A stretch of DNA of 64,000 nucleotides from Octopus bimaculoides (Eukaryota): the NCBI RefSeq assembly GCF_001194135.2, contig NC_068981.1, positions 92,559,036 through 92,623,035 on the forward strand, read 5' to 3'. Every line of letters begins with the position of its first letter. Position 1 is the first letter of the stretch. A model generated the notes under the pieces. The model saw nothing but the letters and a program-made list of their open reading frames with translations. It had not been told where the DNA came from and did no database searches. Below are positions 40,911 through 54,729 of this stretch, one piece after another. A program made the translations under genes and the position numbers.

Positions 40911-40944
<34 letters not shown>

Positions 40945-42588
40945 CCAGATAGATGGATTCAGAAACGGAGTCAAACGCAGGTGTTATTCAAATCTTTATA
41001 CTTCCGTCATATGTTTCGAAGTAAATATTGATATATTCCAGAGGAAATATAATGATGTAAAACAATGGAATCATCTCGCTTGGAAAAAAAGAGAAACGAA
41101 ACACATCAAAAAGCCATTTTAATCGAATGTGATTACCGCGTATATGATTATGGGGAACGCCGACAAGTTATTTAAAAAACAAACGTTAATAAATTAACTT
41201 CAAATGTAATTTAGGGAAAGAGTACGAGAAAAGAGAAACAAATTAGCAGAAAATTAAAAATGGATAAATATAGTGTGATAGATGAATGGGAATAAAGGTT
41301 TGAAAGCGTGGAAATAAATATTTTAGTGGAAATGAACTGTAAAACGACATTTAAAGGTCGAATTTTATAGATTGGTAGAAATAACTTATAAGAGCAAAAG
41401 GTATGTTTTTTGCTAATGATTGCAACGATAAGCGCGTTCTTTAAATGTGTTTACAAGAGGATTCTTCGAGAACAAGATCAGAAACTGTTCATCGTTAAAG
41501 AGCGGATAAAATGATTTACCTTTATCTTGTGGAAAAGATCTAGATAGAATATTCCATTACAAATCAAATTGTTGATGTTCCTTGAGAGAGCAAATTAATT
41601 TAACAATCCAAGTATTGATGCCTTTATTGATATGTTTATATGCAGAGTAATGATTAGATCTTTTTTTCGACTACTGAGATGATGAACTACCTATGTAATA
41701 AAAGACATCAGTGCCAGAAGTAATTTTACATTGATAAATAGTGTTTCTAGCCTTGGAATTACTGATAAGGAAACGAATACGATTCGAATTTACTTCAGAA
41801 ATACAAATGATGTTATTAGTGTTCAAAGAATGGTTAGCGTTAATAATATCAATGTTATTATTTTCATATTATANNNNNNNNNNNNNNNNNNNNNNNNNNN
41901 NNNNNNNNNNNNNNNNNNNNNNNNNNNNNNNNNNNNNNNNNNNNNNNNNNNNNNNNNNNNNNNNNNNNNNNNNNNNNNNNNNNNNNNNNNNNNNNNNNNN
42001 NNNNNNNNNNNNNNNNNNNNNNNNNNNNNNNNNNNNNNNNNNNNNNNNNNNNNNNNNNNNNNNNNNNNNNNNNNNNNNNNNNNNNNNNNNNNNNNNNNNN
42101 NNNNNNNNNNNNNNNNNNNNNNNNNNNNNNNNNNNNNNNNNNNNNNNNNNNNNNNNNNNNNNNNNNNNNNNNNNNNNNNNNNNNNNNNNNNNNNNNNNNN
42201 NNNNNNNNNNNNNNNNNNNNNNNNNNNNNNNNNNNNNNNNNNNNNNNNNNNNNNNNNNNNNNNNNNNNNNNNNNNNNNNNNNNNNNNNNNNNNNNNNNNN
42301 NNNNNNNNNNNNNNNNNNNNNNNNNNNNNNNNNNNNNNNNNNNNNNNNNNNNNNNNNNNNNNNNNNNNNNNNNNNNNNNNNNNNNNNNNNNNNNNNNNNN
42401 NNNNNNNNNNNNNNNNNNNNNNNNNNNNNNNNNNNNNNNNNNNNNNNNNNNNNNNNNNNNNNNNNNNNNNNNNNNNNNNNNNNNNNNNNNNNNNNNNNNN
42501 NNNNNNNNNNNNNNNNNNNNNNNNNNNNNNNNNNNNNNNNNNNNNNNNNNNNNNNNNNNNNNNNNNNNNNNNNNNNNNNNNNNNNNNN

Positions 42589-42629
<41 letters not shown>

Positions 42630-42630
<1 letters not shown>

Positions 42631-43768
42631 TAGCAGAGGCATCCGGCGTTGCTCGGGATTAAAATGGCATAGTTTGTATATAATATATTACAGTTATGTT
42701 GAAAAAGGTGATATGGGAAAGTGTAGAATTGTCAACAAAACATTTGTGGAGTAAATGATGGGCTTATTCCACTAAGCAACATGCTATGCATCTGTTTGGA
42801 GTATTTCAGGCCCTGACCTGTGGGGGTTATGTGATTTTTGAATGCACCGAGAAGCTGTCAGTAGATATAGTCCCTTTTGCAGCAGTCGGCGCTGTCTAAC
42901 ATGACCCATCATCTTAAGTTTTGACACCTTCTTCGGGTTTGTTGTCCTACATCACTCATAAAGTAAATTTGGAGGAACTGTGGTTGTTCATTTGTGGGTA
43001 ACAGGGGAGCCAATGTGGTGATAGACTTGCCCTTGAACTCTGACGTCGTCGTAAATCTATGTTTATCTATCTTCTTAGATCCATCAAACGATGTAATTTG
43101 CAGAGTTGCATTGTCTGATATTGTTAATAAAATCATTTGACTGTATGGAAATGCCTTCTAGAAGATCTATAAGAGGTTGAGAAGGAGCTGGTAGTACTGG
43201 CAATGTTACCTGACCACCTGAGCAGCACATACCATTTGTTTCATTTGAAAATGTTAAAGCTGTACACAAAAGACAACATGTGTTTAGCACGCCAATTTGG
43301 ACGGAGTTGTTATTTTTATAAGAATAGGATGGATCATATCTGAAAACAACTTCAGGAGTTGTGAAGAACGAATTTGTACGTTTTCTGTCTCTGGGAGCTA
43401 GTCTATTGCATATCTGTCAAATCATTAAAACATTGATTTAATGATCCACCATTAAGTGATGCAACATGCATCTGCTGATGTTGAGAAAATCTCATCTAGC
43501 TTCTTTCGCGTTCGGTCTTGTACAATTCTCCTTGCTTTATACTTGTTTCTGGAGAGATTACGTCTTTCCTTTGGTGTCATATTTTTCCCAATATTGTAAA
43601 CAAAACATTATGAACATAGAAAGAAATTATACATCAATCCCTATTTTTGCAAGCAGTTCTATCCGTAAAAATTATATTTCAAGAGAGCAGAAATTGAAAG
43701 AAGATAAACGGAAAAGAACACGAAAAGAAATTGAAAGATGTATGTACGTCTATATGAAATGGACGTGC

Positions 43769-43825
<57 letters not shown>

Positions 43826-44593
43826 CGCGCGCGCGTATGTGCGCGGGTGCATGTGTGCGTTCTCGCGCGTGTGTATGTGAGAGAGAAAGAGGGTGCGAAA
43901 AAGAGATAGAGTGAGTGAGTGAATGTGTGTGTCGTGATGATTGACTTCTTTAAAAAAAATTACGACAGTTGATTTATGGAAAAGATTATGTTAAACTTTT
44001 GAAATGCAAATATGTGAATGAAAATTAAATTTAATTTTTAGCCAAAATAGTACTGAATGTTTTGATATCCCATATGTCAAAATCTCTAACTTGGTTTTGG
44101 AAAGCATAAGGAATATATAATATCAATGAGGTAGATCTCTACATGATAGCTAGACCTGGTAGAAATAGCAGCCAAATCTCCCTCAATACTCCCTACTCTC
44201 TTAATCCGACAATTCTACCTGTTATGTAGTTTGAATGAGAAACTCTAACTACAGATTAAGATTATTAACTCCACAGAGAGAGGAAAGAAAAGAGACAGCA
44301 TAGCGACAGTTTTGGCTGACTTTAATCCTGTAATCCCCTTGTTGCTAGCGAAATGGTATAGGCCGACTCTCTGAGCAACTGGTTGTTTTAATAGCAGAAC
44401 AGACAGGACATCAAAGATTACAAAAATAGCAATTTTCACTTTGAAACTACCGATTTTGAAATTTTGAAATTTAGATTACAGAACGCCCAATTCATGTATC
44501 CATGTTTAAAATTTCAGCGCGATCGGATGAACAATACTCGAGTTATAAGCGCACAAACAGACAGACAGACGGATCGGATTTTATATATTAAGA
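42630..44593 (-). mobile_element. Helitron, non-autonomous, about 1.96 kb, with Rep remnant
   Basis: 5' A|TCTTAATATATAAAA at 44593 followed by GTCT repeats. 3' CCCGAGCAACGCCGG hairpin then CTAA|T (CTRR) at 42630. Internal MCCSGGQVTLP..FINNIRQCNS and LLPTNEQPQFLQIYF (42909-43290) match the Helitron Rep N-terminal region. Confidence 0.85.
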
Positions 44594-46271
44594 TAAGTAA
44601 ATTTAATGTCAAACAAGTCGATTTACACAGAATATTAAATACATTTAATAGATTAAATGTACATGTGTAACATTTTCCAATGTAAAAACTCTCCCCTGAA
44701 GACGAAGATGGTTCTATTCGATAATGGATCCAAGTAACCATCATTATTCAGGACCACCAAGCTTCCAGAAATAGCTGTTGCACTCGCAAAAGTGTAGCCA
44801 TTTAAAATTTGATATGTTTTACATTCTGGAAGTCAGACTGTTATGTATCTATGCACAGGTACATTTTTCTATCAAATGAATTTAATTTCCTGCGTAAATC
44901 GACTAAGCTAAATTGCTTGTCATTACATTTACTCATCTACTCGCTAAAATTCATATATCTTGAGCCCTTCGAAGTGTATTCTATATAGGGAACACTTGTC
45001 TCTAACCTATATATATATATATATATATATNNNNNNNNNNNNNNNNNNNNNNNNNNNNNNNNNNNNNNNNNNNNNNNNNNNNNNNNTATATATATGCTTG
45101 TGCTTGATAGAATATAGAATTCTTAATAGAATATTAAGATAATCACTAACTTCGCGTTGATATTAACCGTTCAAGGAACAATTTCAGTATTTAGATTATA
45201 AATTTGTATTAACGCCTATCGTTATCGGCACACATGGTTAATAAGAGGAACATAGATTCTGTTATGTCAACCTTTTTTTTTGTTTAGAAAAATCACATTA
45301 TTGATAAAATATAGGCTGGTTTACTTATATAAACATGTAACCCTAAGATATTGGCTGTCTGACTGATGCGTCTTTTCTTTCCCAAATATCACATTTTCCT
45401 TCCAGTAAGCATAGGATATTTATCTTAGGAACTTGAGACACCTTCCAGACACACATAATTACACATACGCACGCACACACGTGCGTGCACACATACACAC
45501 ACACACACACACGCACACAAACTCAAACACACACACACACAAATATATATACACACAAAGACACAGACAGACAGAATAATCGAATACTTTCAAATACATA
45601 ATTACGAAAATCTTCCCTGCTTCAGAGAATATATCAGATTCAATAATGCATATTGCATTTCAGTAGGAAGTGAATATTGATATACTGCATTCAGAAATAT
45701 TCACATATAACTTAATTTTGATGAATTTTGTATTTCAAACAGAATACATATAAAATCATATCAGAGATATATCTTCTGCAAATCAAATGAAAGGAACGTA
45801 GAATTAGATCATATTTTAAATATCCAGAAAGATTATAGATGTACTTTTTATTCATTTTATATTAGTAATGCAATCGGATGATCGAGTGGTTATTGCATTG
45901 AATATGTTGTATTCAGAAATTTGTACACAATTTCATGTGCTTCGAAATGAAGGGAACTTTTTTTCTGTGAGGAATGTGAGGTTACAAGCCTAGGAAGACA
46001 GTTTCACACGTCTTATTTGCAGTATTTAATGGTAAACATAATTACTGATGCTCTCTTACAGCAAAATGTCTACCCTACAAAAATAGAGTGGCCTAATAAC
46101 ACATACTGACGCCGACGTGAAGATTTTCATAAAGCAACGAAACATGGATGTAATAGTAAAGACGATAGTGCAATATTTAGGAAGTGTAATCTAGAAGTAA
46201 TGTGCATCGTATAAGTCAATAGTACAGAACATATATTACTTATGGACCAGATACAAAGACATTAGGCTTAC

Positions 46272-46282
46272 GCGAGCCGAAG
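46272..46282 (-). other. Candidate 11-nt microexon CTTCGGCTCGC
   Basis: CTAAC branch-like motif upstream, acceptor TGTTTACAG| and donor C|GTAAGC. Too short to test by eye. Confidence 0.15.
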
Positions 46283-46345
46283 CTGTAAACATTATTCTTC
46301 GATGTAAAGTTAGAGATTGACAATCGTTTTTAGAATAGCAGAAGT

Positions 46346-46421
<76 letters not shown>

Positions 46422-46826
46422 GAGAGAGAAAGTTATTAGCATCTCGAGACATTTATAAGGGAAAAGATATAGATATAGTCATACTCCTGTTTCTCGGATA
46501 TTATGGATATCTCTTCATCAAAACGATGTGAGATGGTTAAATAGTGATAAGTATTTGACTTCGGCATAAGGAATTATTATTGAAAAAGAGGAGATAGGGA
46601 ATATAGAGGGAAATAAGAGAATGATAGTCGAAATAAGTTTCATTATTCGAGTAAATTGGTGTTTAGAAGTGGTAAAAAAGTTTCCTGTATATGGTACGTA
46701 AGTTCCAGTAGTAGTTCATGTTTAGTCGTTTCATACTTTGAAACTTGCTCTTTGCTAAAGAGTCTTTGACTCTTGTTTCTAGCAATGCTGACGCTACTCT
46801 GGTCTCTTAATCACTTTTAGTGATGG

Positions 46827-46870
<44 letters not shown>

Positions 46871-47094
46871 NNNNNNNNNNNNNNNNNNNNNNNNNNNNNN
46901 NNNNNNNNNNNNNNNNNNNNNNNNNNNNNNNNNNNNNNNNNNNNNNNNNNNNNNNNNNNNNNNNNNNNNNNNNNNNNNNNNNNNNNNNNNNNNNNNNNNN
47001 NNNNNNNNTATATATATATATATATATATATATTGTGCGGTACAATAGCTCACTGTCTCCCTCAAATCGACGTTGCATCAATAGGTGAGTGGTG

Positions 47095-47205
47095 TACTAC
47101 GCATTAGGTGTCATGAGTCATCGCAGAGCAGCGTGATGTGAAATGATTTGTTCAAGAACACAACACACTACCCAGTTTAGGAATTGAAACCAAGATCTCG
47201 CGTCC
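47095..47205 (-). mobile_element. SINE family C fragment
   Basis: TGTGAAATGATTTGTTCAAGAACACAACACACTACCCAGTTTAGGAATTGAAACCAAGATC is the rc of a B-box plus CORE-like segment. Confidence 0.6.
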
Positions 47206-48106
47206 TACCTAGTCTCAAAACTTGCTGGAGAAGCATCATGGGTGGAGTCTGGACTGGCTGTCTGTGCTGGCATGAAGTCTTATAACTTGTAATAGTGACG
47301 CCAAATCAAATACTGATATTTTTTAATAATTGAATATGAATGCCTCAGGTTTTATAGTACGAAATGCATCCATAAATTGGTTAAAACATTTTAGAATATA
47401 AACCAATATGCATTTATTCAATTATACGAAAATATGTATGAAATTGTCCCGAAAAGATTTCATGCAAAAACAAATATAAGGTAAAAATGACCGAACGGTA
47501 AAAAAAAAAGGAGCAAAGGTAAAACTTGAACATTGCATACAAAACCTTTTGATTCATTACTTTCAGATTTCTAAAAGAAACTATATGGATTGTCTTTCAA
47601 TTACTTTCATTTCACTGTTGCCTTGTTACTTGCAATCTTAAATCGTCAATGAATTGTTTCCGTTGTTGCTTTAAACATACCAAAGGAAGTACTTTATGAT
47701 CGTCAATTCATTGTCATGAAAACTATCCTGAATAATGTTGATTATCTTCATGTATATCTCGAGGAATTTCCGAGGCCATATAAAAACATAATTTTGTTGA
47801 ATTGCTCTGTAATATTTCACCTCGTTATAAAATTTAGTGTATAAACAAGTCACGAGAAGTAATCAGCATCAGTATATATGTAGCAATGTCAACTACTAAA
47901 CGAAAGAACAAAAGAACAGGACTAATGTAATCGCCAAATGCGACAACTTACAGCAGTGTCACATATTTAGCCTGCAGTTTTCTTTGTGTGATGAAAGAGT
48001 TTAAACATTGAAGAACATATTAAAGAGTGAGATACACAGATACATATATATATATATGCGTGTGTGCGTGTGTGTGTGTATACACACACACACACACACA
48101 CCCACC

Positions 48107-48136
<30 letters not shown>

Positions 48137-48137
<1 letters not shown>

Positions 48138-48416
48138 CTTAATATATAAAGCTGAAGTTGTGTGTCTGTGTGAAGCCTTTTTAAAAGTGTATAGAAAACC
48201 ACATTTTCCACTTTTTCGAAAAAGTTTTGCATCAATGGAATTTTCTCAATGTGAACGTTCCAGTGCAGTAATTAGATTTTTTAAATTCCGTTTACTTTGT
48301 GTGATTTAAGGGAGATTTGGCTGTTGTTTCTAGCAACTTTCATATTTCTTCCCTTCTACCTGGGACGGCGTTCTTACACACGCGCTCAACATATGATATA
48401 GAGAGTAAGAGTAAAA

Positions 48417-48489
<73 letters not shown>

Positions 48490-49468
48490 TGATACATACA
48501 AAGTCATAGATTAAACTTTCCTCTCAGTATTCTTTACCTATTTTTCATAACATTGTTACGTAAAAACACACACAACCACACATACGTGATCTGTGACAAC
48601 AACATACACATTGCTCTCGTTCTCAATTCGTTTCTTTCCCTTTTCCTCTCTCGCTCTTTCAAACGCATACACGTGCAAGTAAATACAATCATTCACAAAA
48701 ATATAACTCATGTTCGTCAATGTGGCATAACTACAGAGTTGTACCCTCCGACTTTGGAAGGTCATAACTTTAAGAAATATGAATATTTTTTAATGAAATT
48801 TTCTATGCATATAGTATTTATTATGTACATTCCGAATATAGAACAATTTTTTGTGAAAGTGTTTTGGAAGTGGGATGGGGGACAATTTTCGGAAATTCCA
48901 ATTAAATTCCTCTTAACTTCCAGGAAAATGTATATGTTTTCGTGAAATTTTCTACAAATATACCTTGATGTATGCACATATAGGAATTCTGAAAGAAACA
49001 ACTGCATATTATTTTGAGAAGTATTCCCCATTCGGTGGTGTTTCGGAGCAAGTCGTCCATATTCGTTTCAGTTTTCTCTATTATGTGCTTATGTACATCG
49101 GTAGATTTCTAATGAATAGGCAGTGAAGAGAAGCCGTCATTAGAACACTTTTAACTACCTCTATTCTTTTCTCTCCCCTCTCTCTACTTTTTGCTCTCTC
49201 GCTCTCTCAAATGCACACACGTGCAAGTACACAATCATTCAGTAAAATATAACTCATGTTCGTCAATGTTTTGTAAATATACCACGATTTTCAGTAGGGT
49301 GTTAGGGTTAGGGTTTTAGGGTCAGTGCTAGGGTTAGTGTTAGGATTAGTTTTAGGATTAGGGTTGGGTAATCGTGCGGGTGTTAATCTGAAAAATTACA
49401 GATATGTGAAAAGTACCGACCCTGCCATCTATTATAACTTTTGTTGTTCTGTTTAATATATACATAGA
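48137..49468. mobile_element. Helitron-like composite bounded by two inward-facing 5' termini
   Basis: Left A|TCTTAATATATAAAGCTGAAGTTGTGTGTCTG; right (rc) A|TCTATGTATATATTAAACAG. Shares GGGAGATTTGGCTG.T.TTTCTA (about 48310) with the 42630-44593 Helitron (rc, about 44165-44190). Confidence 0.5.
49295..49369 (+). repeat. Degenerate interstitial (TTAGGG)n
   Basis: Perfect TTAGGG at 49302, 49308, 49316 and 49358, plus variants TTAGGA, CTAGGG and TTAGTG. Confidence 0.85.
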
Positions 49469-50455
49469 TTATGCCTCCAAAAAAGAGAGTTTGCTGGGGA
49501 AAGACAGCAATCAGTTTAAAATGACAGCAACATACTGCAACAATTCAACACATTCCAGAAGCTACTTTGAAAATAATGCAAAATGGTGCATCAACATCTT
49601 CTGCCAAATCTGATAGAATTCTGGCAAAACTGTGTAGCAACAGATCGCTAGCAATTGCTTCATCACAAATTGCCGTCCTAGCTCCTGCGAAAAGGGATTA
49701 CCCTGCTATGTATAATCAGGGCAGCGCAAAAAGTTGTTTTGCAGAAGCATTTCTATAGCCAATTAGACGGATGAAATTTACGTATGCTTAATAATTTTAC
49801 GCGAAACAGCCTTCAGACTTTCCCTATTAATTTCATCGTCATTTGAATTATGAACATATTTACATCATAAGGGTTTTTTTGTTGTAAGGNNNNNNNNNNN
49901 NNNNNNNNNNNNNNNNNNNNNNNNNNNNNNNNNNNNNNNNNNNNNNNNNNNNNNNNNNNNNNNNNNNNNNNNNNNNNNNNNNNNNNNNNNNNNNNNNNNN
50001 NNNNNNNNNNNNNNNNNNNNNNNNNNNNNNNNNNNNNNNNNNNNNNNNNNNNNNNNNNNNNNNNNNNNNNNNNNNNNNNNNNNNNNNNNNNNNNNNNNNN
50101 NNNNNNNNNNNNNNNNNNNNNNNNNNNNNNNNNNNNNNNNNNNNNNNNNNNNNNNNNNNNNNNNNNNNNNNNNNNNNNNNNNNNNNNNNNNNNNNNNNNN
50201 NNNNNNNNNNNNNNNNNNNNNNNNNNNNNNNNNNNNNNNNNNNNNNNNNNNNNNNNNNNNNNNNNNNNNNNNNNNNNNNNNNNNNNNNNNNNNNNNNNNN
50301 NNNNNNNNNNNNNNNNNNNNNNNNNNNNNNNNNNNNNNNNNNNNNNNNNNNNNNNNNNNNNNNNNNNNNNNNNNNNNNNNNNNNNNNNNNNNNNNNNNNN
50401 NNNNNNNNNNNNNNNNNNNNNNNNNNNNNNNNNNNNNNNNNNNNNNNNNNNNNNN

Positions 50456-50506
50456 GAATTTGGTAGACGGAAACTGAAAGAAGCCCATCGTATATATGTA
50501 TATATA

Positions 50507-50546
<40 letters not shown>

Positions 50547-50740
50547 TGTGTTTGTCCCCCCAACATCGCTTGACAACCGATGGTGGTGTGTTTACGTCCC
50601 GTAACTTAGCGGTTCGGCAAAAGAGACCGATAGAATAAGTACTAGGCTTATAAAGAATAAGTCCTGGGGTCGATTTGCTCGACTAAAGGCGTTGCTCGAG
50701 CATGGCTGCAGTCAAATGACTGAAACAAGTAAAAGAGAGT
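50456..50740 (+). mobile_element. SINE family B, 3' half (5' half lost in the gap)
   Basis: GAATTTGGTAGACGGAAACTGAAAGAAGCCC-(TA)(TG)n-GTTTGTCCCCCCAACATCGCTTGACAACCG..GACTGAAACAAGTAAAAGAG. Confidence 0.9.
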
Positions 50741-51171
50741 ATATATATATGTATGTTTACATGTATGTGTTTATATATATAAATGTGTGCTTGTGAGTGT
50801 ATGAGTGCGTGTGTGTGTATGTGTGTGTTAATGCAATAGAAACAATCGTCGGCTTTATAAGGTGAGGTATAATATTCTCTGTACATTTTTTTGTTTTTCA
50901 TTTTTTTGTTAAATGCCATGAATTTCTGGAATTTCTGCAAAAGGATAGTTGGATTTACCTGTGATGCATGAATATTTACCTGGGATATATATTTTACTTA
51001 AATTTACTGGTATCTGATACTTGAACATTTATAACCTAATTCTTTTAATACTAAATGCTTTATTGATTTCTGGCAGAATTTTTTAATCCCATAATTTCTT
51101 CTAATATATATATCTGTATATATTTATTTATGTATACATGTATGCATGTATATATCTATGTATGTATGTAC

Positions 51172-51202
<31 letters not shown>

Positions 51203-51469
51203 TGTATATATGTGTGTATGTATGCGGGCGTATGTGTGTGGGTTTACATATATATGAAGCCGTGGTTGTTTCTAGATTGCTGCACTACTTAGAGCCATGG
51301 ACCTTGTAGAGCCGAGATATTCGAGATATTCATCAGCAAAAACTGGGATGGATTGCGCGCACACACATACACATACACACGTCCGCATTCATTCATTCAT
51401 GCATACATGCATACGTACATACATATATGCATACATGCATAAATATACATATATAACCTCAGATGAAGT

Positions 51470-51800
51470 AAGTATGTCAACAGCCTAGAGAGCTTGAACG
51501 CGCCAACACTATTAATATTGAATCTATCACCATAAAACATCACCTCAGATGTTCAGGTCATGTCCACTACAGGAATACTACGAGACTGCCAGTCCAAATC
51601 TTCCATAGCAAACTGAGTACCGGCAACATATTACGCTGGCATCACATGAATCACTGCTACAAAGACCAGTTGAATCAGGCGATAAAGAAAACAAAAGCTG
51701 ACATTCAATCCTTGGAGCAACACGCAGAAACAGAAGAGCTTGGCGTCACTCCATCAATTATGGCAAATACCACTTTGAAAATCATCTTCAGAGAAATAAA
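51470..51800 (+). mobile_element. RTE LINE 3' fragment
   Basis: (L)ERANTINIESITIKHHLRCSGHV..RLPVQIFHSKLSTG..CYKDQLNQAIK, the RTE ORF2 C-terminal motif set. Confidence 0.75.
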
Positions 51801-52341
51801 GAAGATAAATTTTTACGATTAAACATTTATGGGCCATCAACTGAGGAATCTGCAGATTATGGTCCCATGACAAAAATGGTCTTGTCGGCCATCAATCACG
51901 AGTATAAATGAAGAATTACAAAAGAACAAAGAAATATTTGAAAACGAACAGGTGCCAAAATATATATATATATCATATCATAGGGAATACATGACACAAC
52001 ATCGGTAATTAAATTTGAGAAATTTGAAAAGAAAATGCGAAACCGGTTATTTTTCCAAAAATATTGTAACTATACACAAAATTTTATATCGTTTTCCTTA
52101 TATGACGATTTTAATATATTTTTCAACCATATTATACAAGTTTTCCGTAGTTTTTTCCTTCTATTTTGTTTTTTATACATCCAACCACGTGCTTTCATAT
52201 ATCAACGCTCTCACCCACTCTATATATACATATAGGAAGAATTCACAAAATTCACACACACACACACACATATATATATCTATATATTTATATATATATG
52301 TATGTATGTATGTTTGTATGTATGTATGTATGTATATATAC

Positions 52342-52376
<35 letters not shown>

Positions 52377-53050
52377 AGTAAAAATAAATACAAAAAAAGG
52401 TGGATTTTTTTGTATGATTGTGTATAGAGGAATATATTATTTTGCTTAAAAGAGTTCCAACACTGTCTGTTTTTTATGTTTTATTTATATTCCTGCAGAA
52501 CTAATGTGGGGTATAGAATATGGAATATACAATATATAATATAATATACAATATATAATATAAAATAAAATAAAAATGGATGGCACCATGAAATAAAGTA
52601 TTGAATGTAGATGAAGTATTGAGTGNNNNNNNNNNNNNNNNNNNNNNNNNNNNNNNNNNNNNNNNNNNNNNNNNNNNNNNNNNNNNNNNNNNNNNNNNNN
52701 NNNNNNNNNNNNNNNNNNNNNNNNNNNNNNNNNNNNNNNNNNNNNNNNNNNNNNNNNNNNNNNNNNNNNNNNNNNNNNNNNNNNNNNNNNNNNNNNNNNN
52801 NNNNNNNNNNNNNNNNNNNNNNNNNNNNNNNNNNNNNNNNNNNNNNNNNNNNNNNNNNNNNNNNNNNNNNNNNNNNNNNNNNNNNNNNNNNNNNNNNNNN
52901 NNNNNNNNNNNNNNNNNNNNNNNNNNNNNNNNNNNNNNNNNNNNNNNNNNNNNNNNNNNNNNNNNNNNNNNNNNNNNNNNNNNNNNNNNNNNNNNNNNNN
53001 NNNNNNNNNNNNNNNNNNNNNNNNNNNNNNNNNNNNNNNNNNNNNNNNNN

Positions 53051-53091
<41 letters not shown>

Positions 53092-53334
53092 ATGTATACA
53101 TTCAACAGTATTGGATATACACATTCGTTTCCTTGCAATTTACACGTGTTCGTTTCGATAATTGTCTTCACACACACACACACACACACACATACACACA
53201 CACACGCACACACACATACACATACGCGCGCGCGCACATGCACAAATAAACACACACATATACATACGTATACCGCTGTGTGTGTATATACATGTATTTA
53301 TATATTGAGAAAGAGTGGGGGGAAGGAAAAATAT

Positions 53335-53378
<44 letters not shown>

Positions 53379-53408
53379 AGAGAGTGAGGGAGAGAGAGAG
53401 AGAAATAA

Positions 53409-53439
<31 letters not shown>

Positions 53440-53450
53440 GATATATTAGA

Positions 53451-53481
<31 letters not shown>

Positions 53482-54097
53482 TAGTGTTACTTTGTGTGTT
53501 AGTTTGCACTTTATTTTAATTAGACTGCTGATTACTGCGTTTCCCGTCTTTTATCCTAACGAGTATCTATTAATCCCACCTCCTTCCGTATCATTCCTAA
53601 CAAAGGTTACAAGGTCAAAACACTGGAGAAGTCTACTAATGGATTGGTAACTGTGATTTGAGCTACTTGATTTCATATCAGTATTCCATTGGAAAGCTTT
53701 CAAGAACATTATCGATATATCTCTATCATTGGCAGCATGATTACAACTGCAACATGAACCAAGTAATGTAAGTAGCAGTACATACAGGAATCAGCCAAAT
53801 TTTCATCACTAAACTCTTGACGTGTTTGCCGACGATTTGGACATGTTTTGATGTAGAATATAGAACGCCTAGCAAAATAAGTGGTACATTATCAAACTCC
53901 TTTCAGATAGTTAAATTGTATGCATATCTACCTATCTGTAAGTGTGTATGCAAGTATGGATATGTGAGTGTATATGCATGTATGGAAGTATATAGATACA
54001 TACTTATTCATAAATAAATATACATATAATTTTATACATATAAATATATATATCATATATATACAACATATATATTATATAATATATACATGTATGT

Positions 54098-54148
<51 letters not shown>

Positions 54149-54149
54149 T

Positions 54150-54184
<35 letters not shown>

Positions 54185-54729
54185 CGTATGTGTGTGCACA
54201 TATATACAGAATTAATGCATTTATATTCCTTCCGTCACATATACGTCACACAGAACGGGGGTAAAATAGTGAACGCTGGTTCTGATCTAACGACCCTCCA
54301 CGTTTGTTTACGTTTGGTTTCCTTGCATGTCGCCACTGTTCTCTTTTTGTTCCCAAATTTGACCCTCCATAAATCCAAACTTTTATTTTGATATATATGG
54401 GGGCAACTGTTTTCGAAAACACATCCTGTCGCTCAATTCTCGAAATGAGTAGTAGATAGATAGCCGACAACTGATGAAGGGTGTTTTTTTGTGTTACTTG
54501 TCCTGTTTCCATTTGTTTCTCTCGTTGTTTGCACTTTGAATTCATTTGTTTCGTATTTCGTGTTGTTTACTGTTGGTGACGTTCTGTACACATATATGCA
54601 TATGCATGTATATGTATGCATATGTATATGTATATATATATATATATATNNNNNNNNNNNNNNNNNNNNNNNNNNNNNNNNNNNNNNNNNNNNNNNNNNN
54701 NNNNNNNNNNNNNNNNNNNNNNNTATATA

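Noticed and set aside
47653-47842. Plus-strand open frame VLYDRQFIVMKTILNNVDYLHVYLEEFPRPYKN
   Set aside because: No start or convincing splice sites and no recognised homology; frames of this length are expected by chance.
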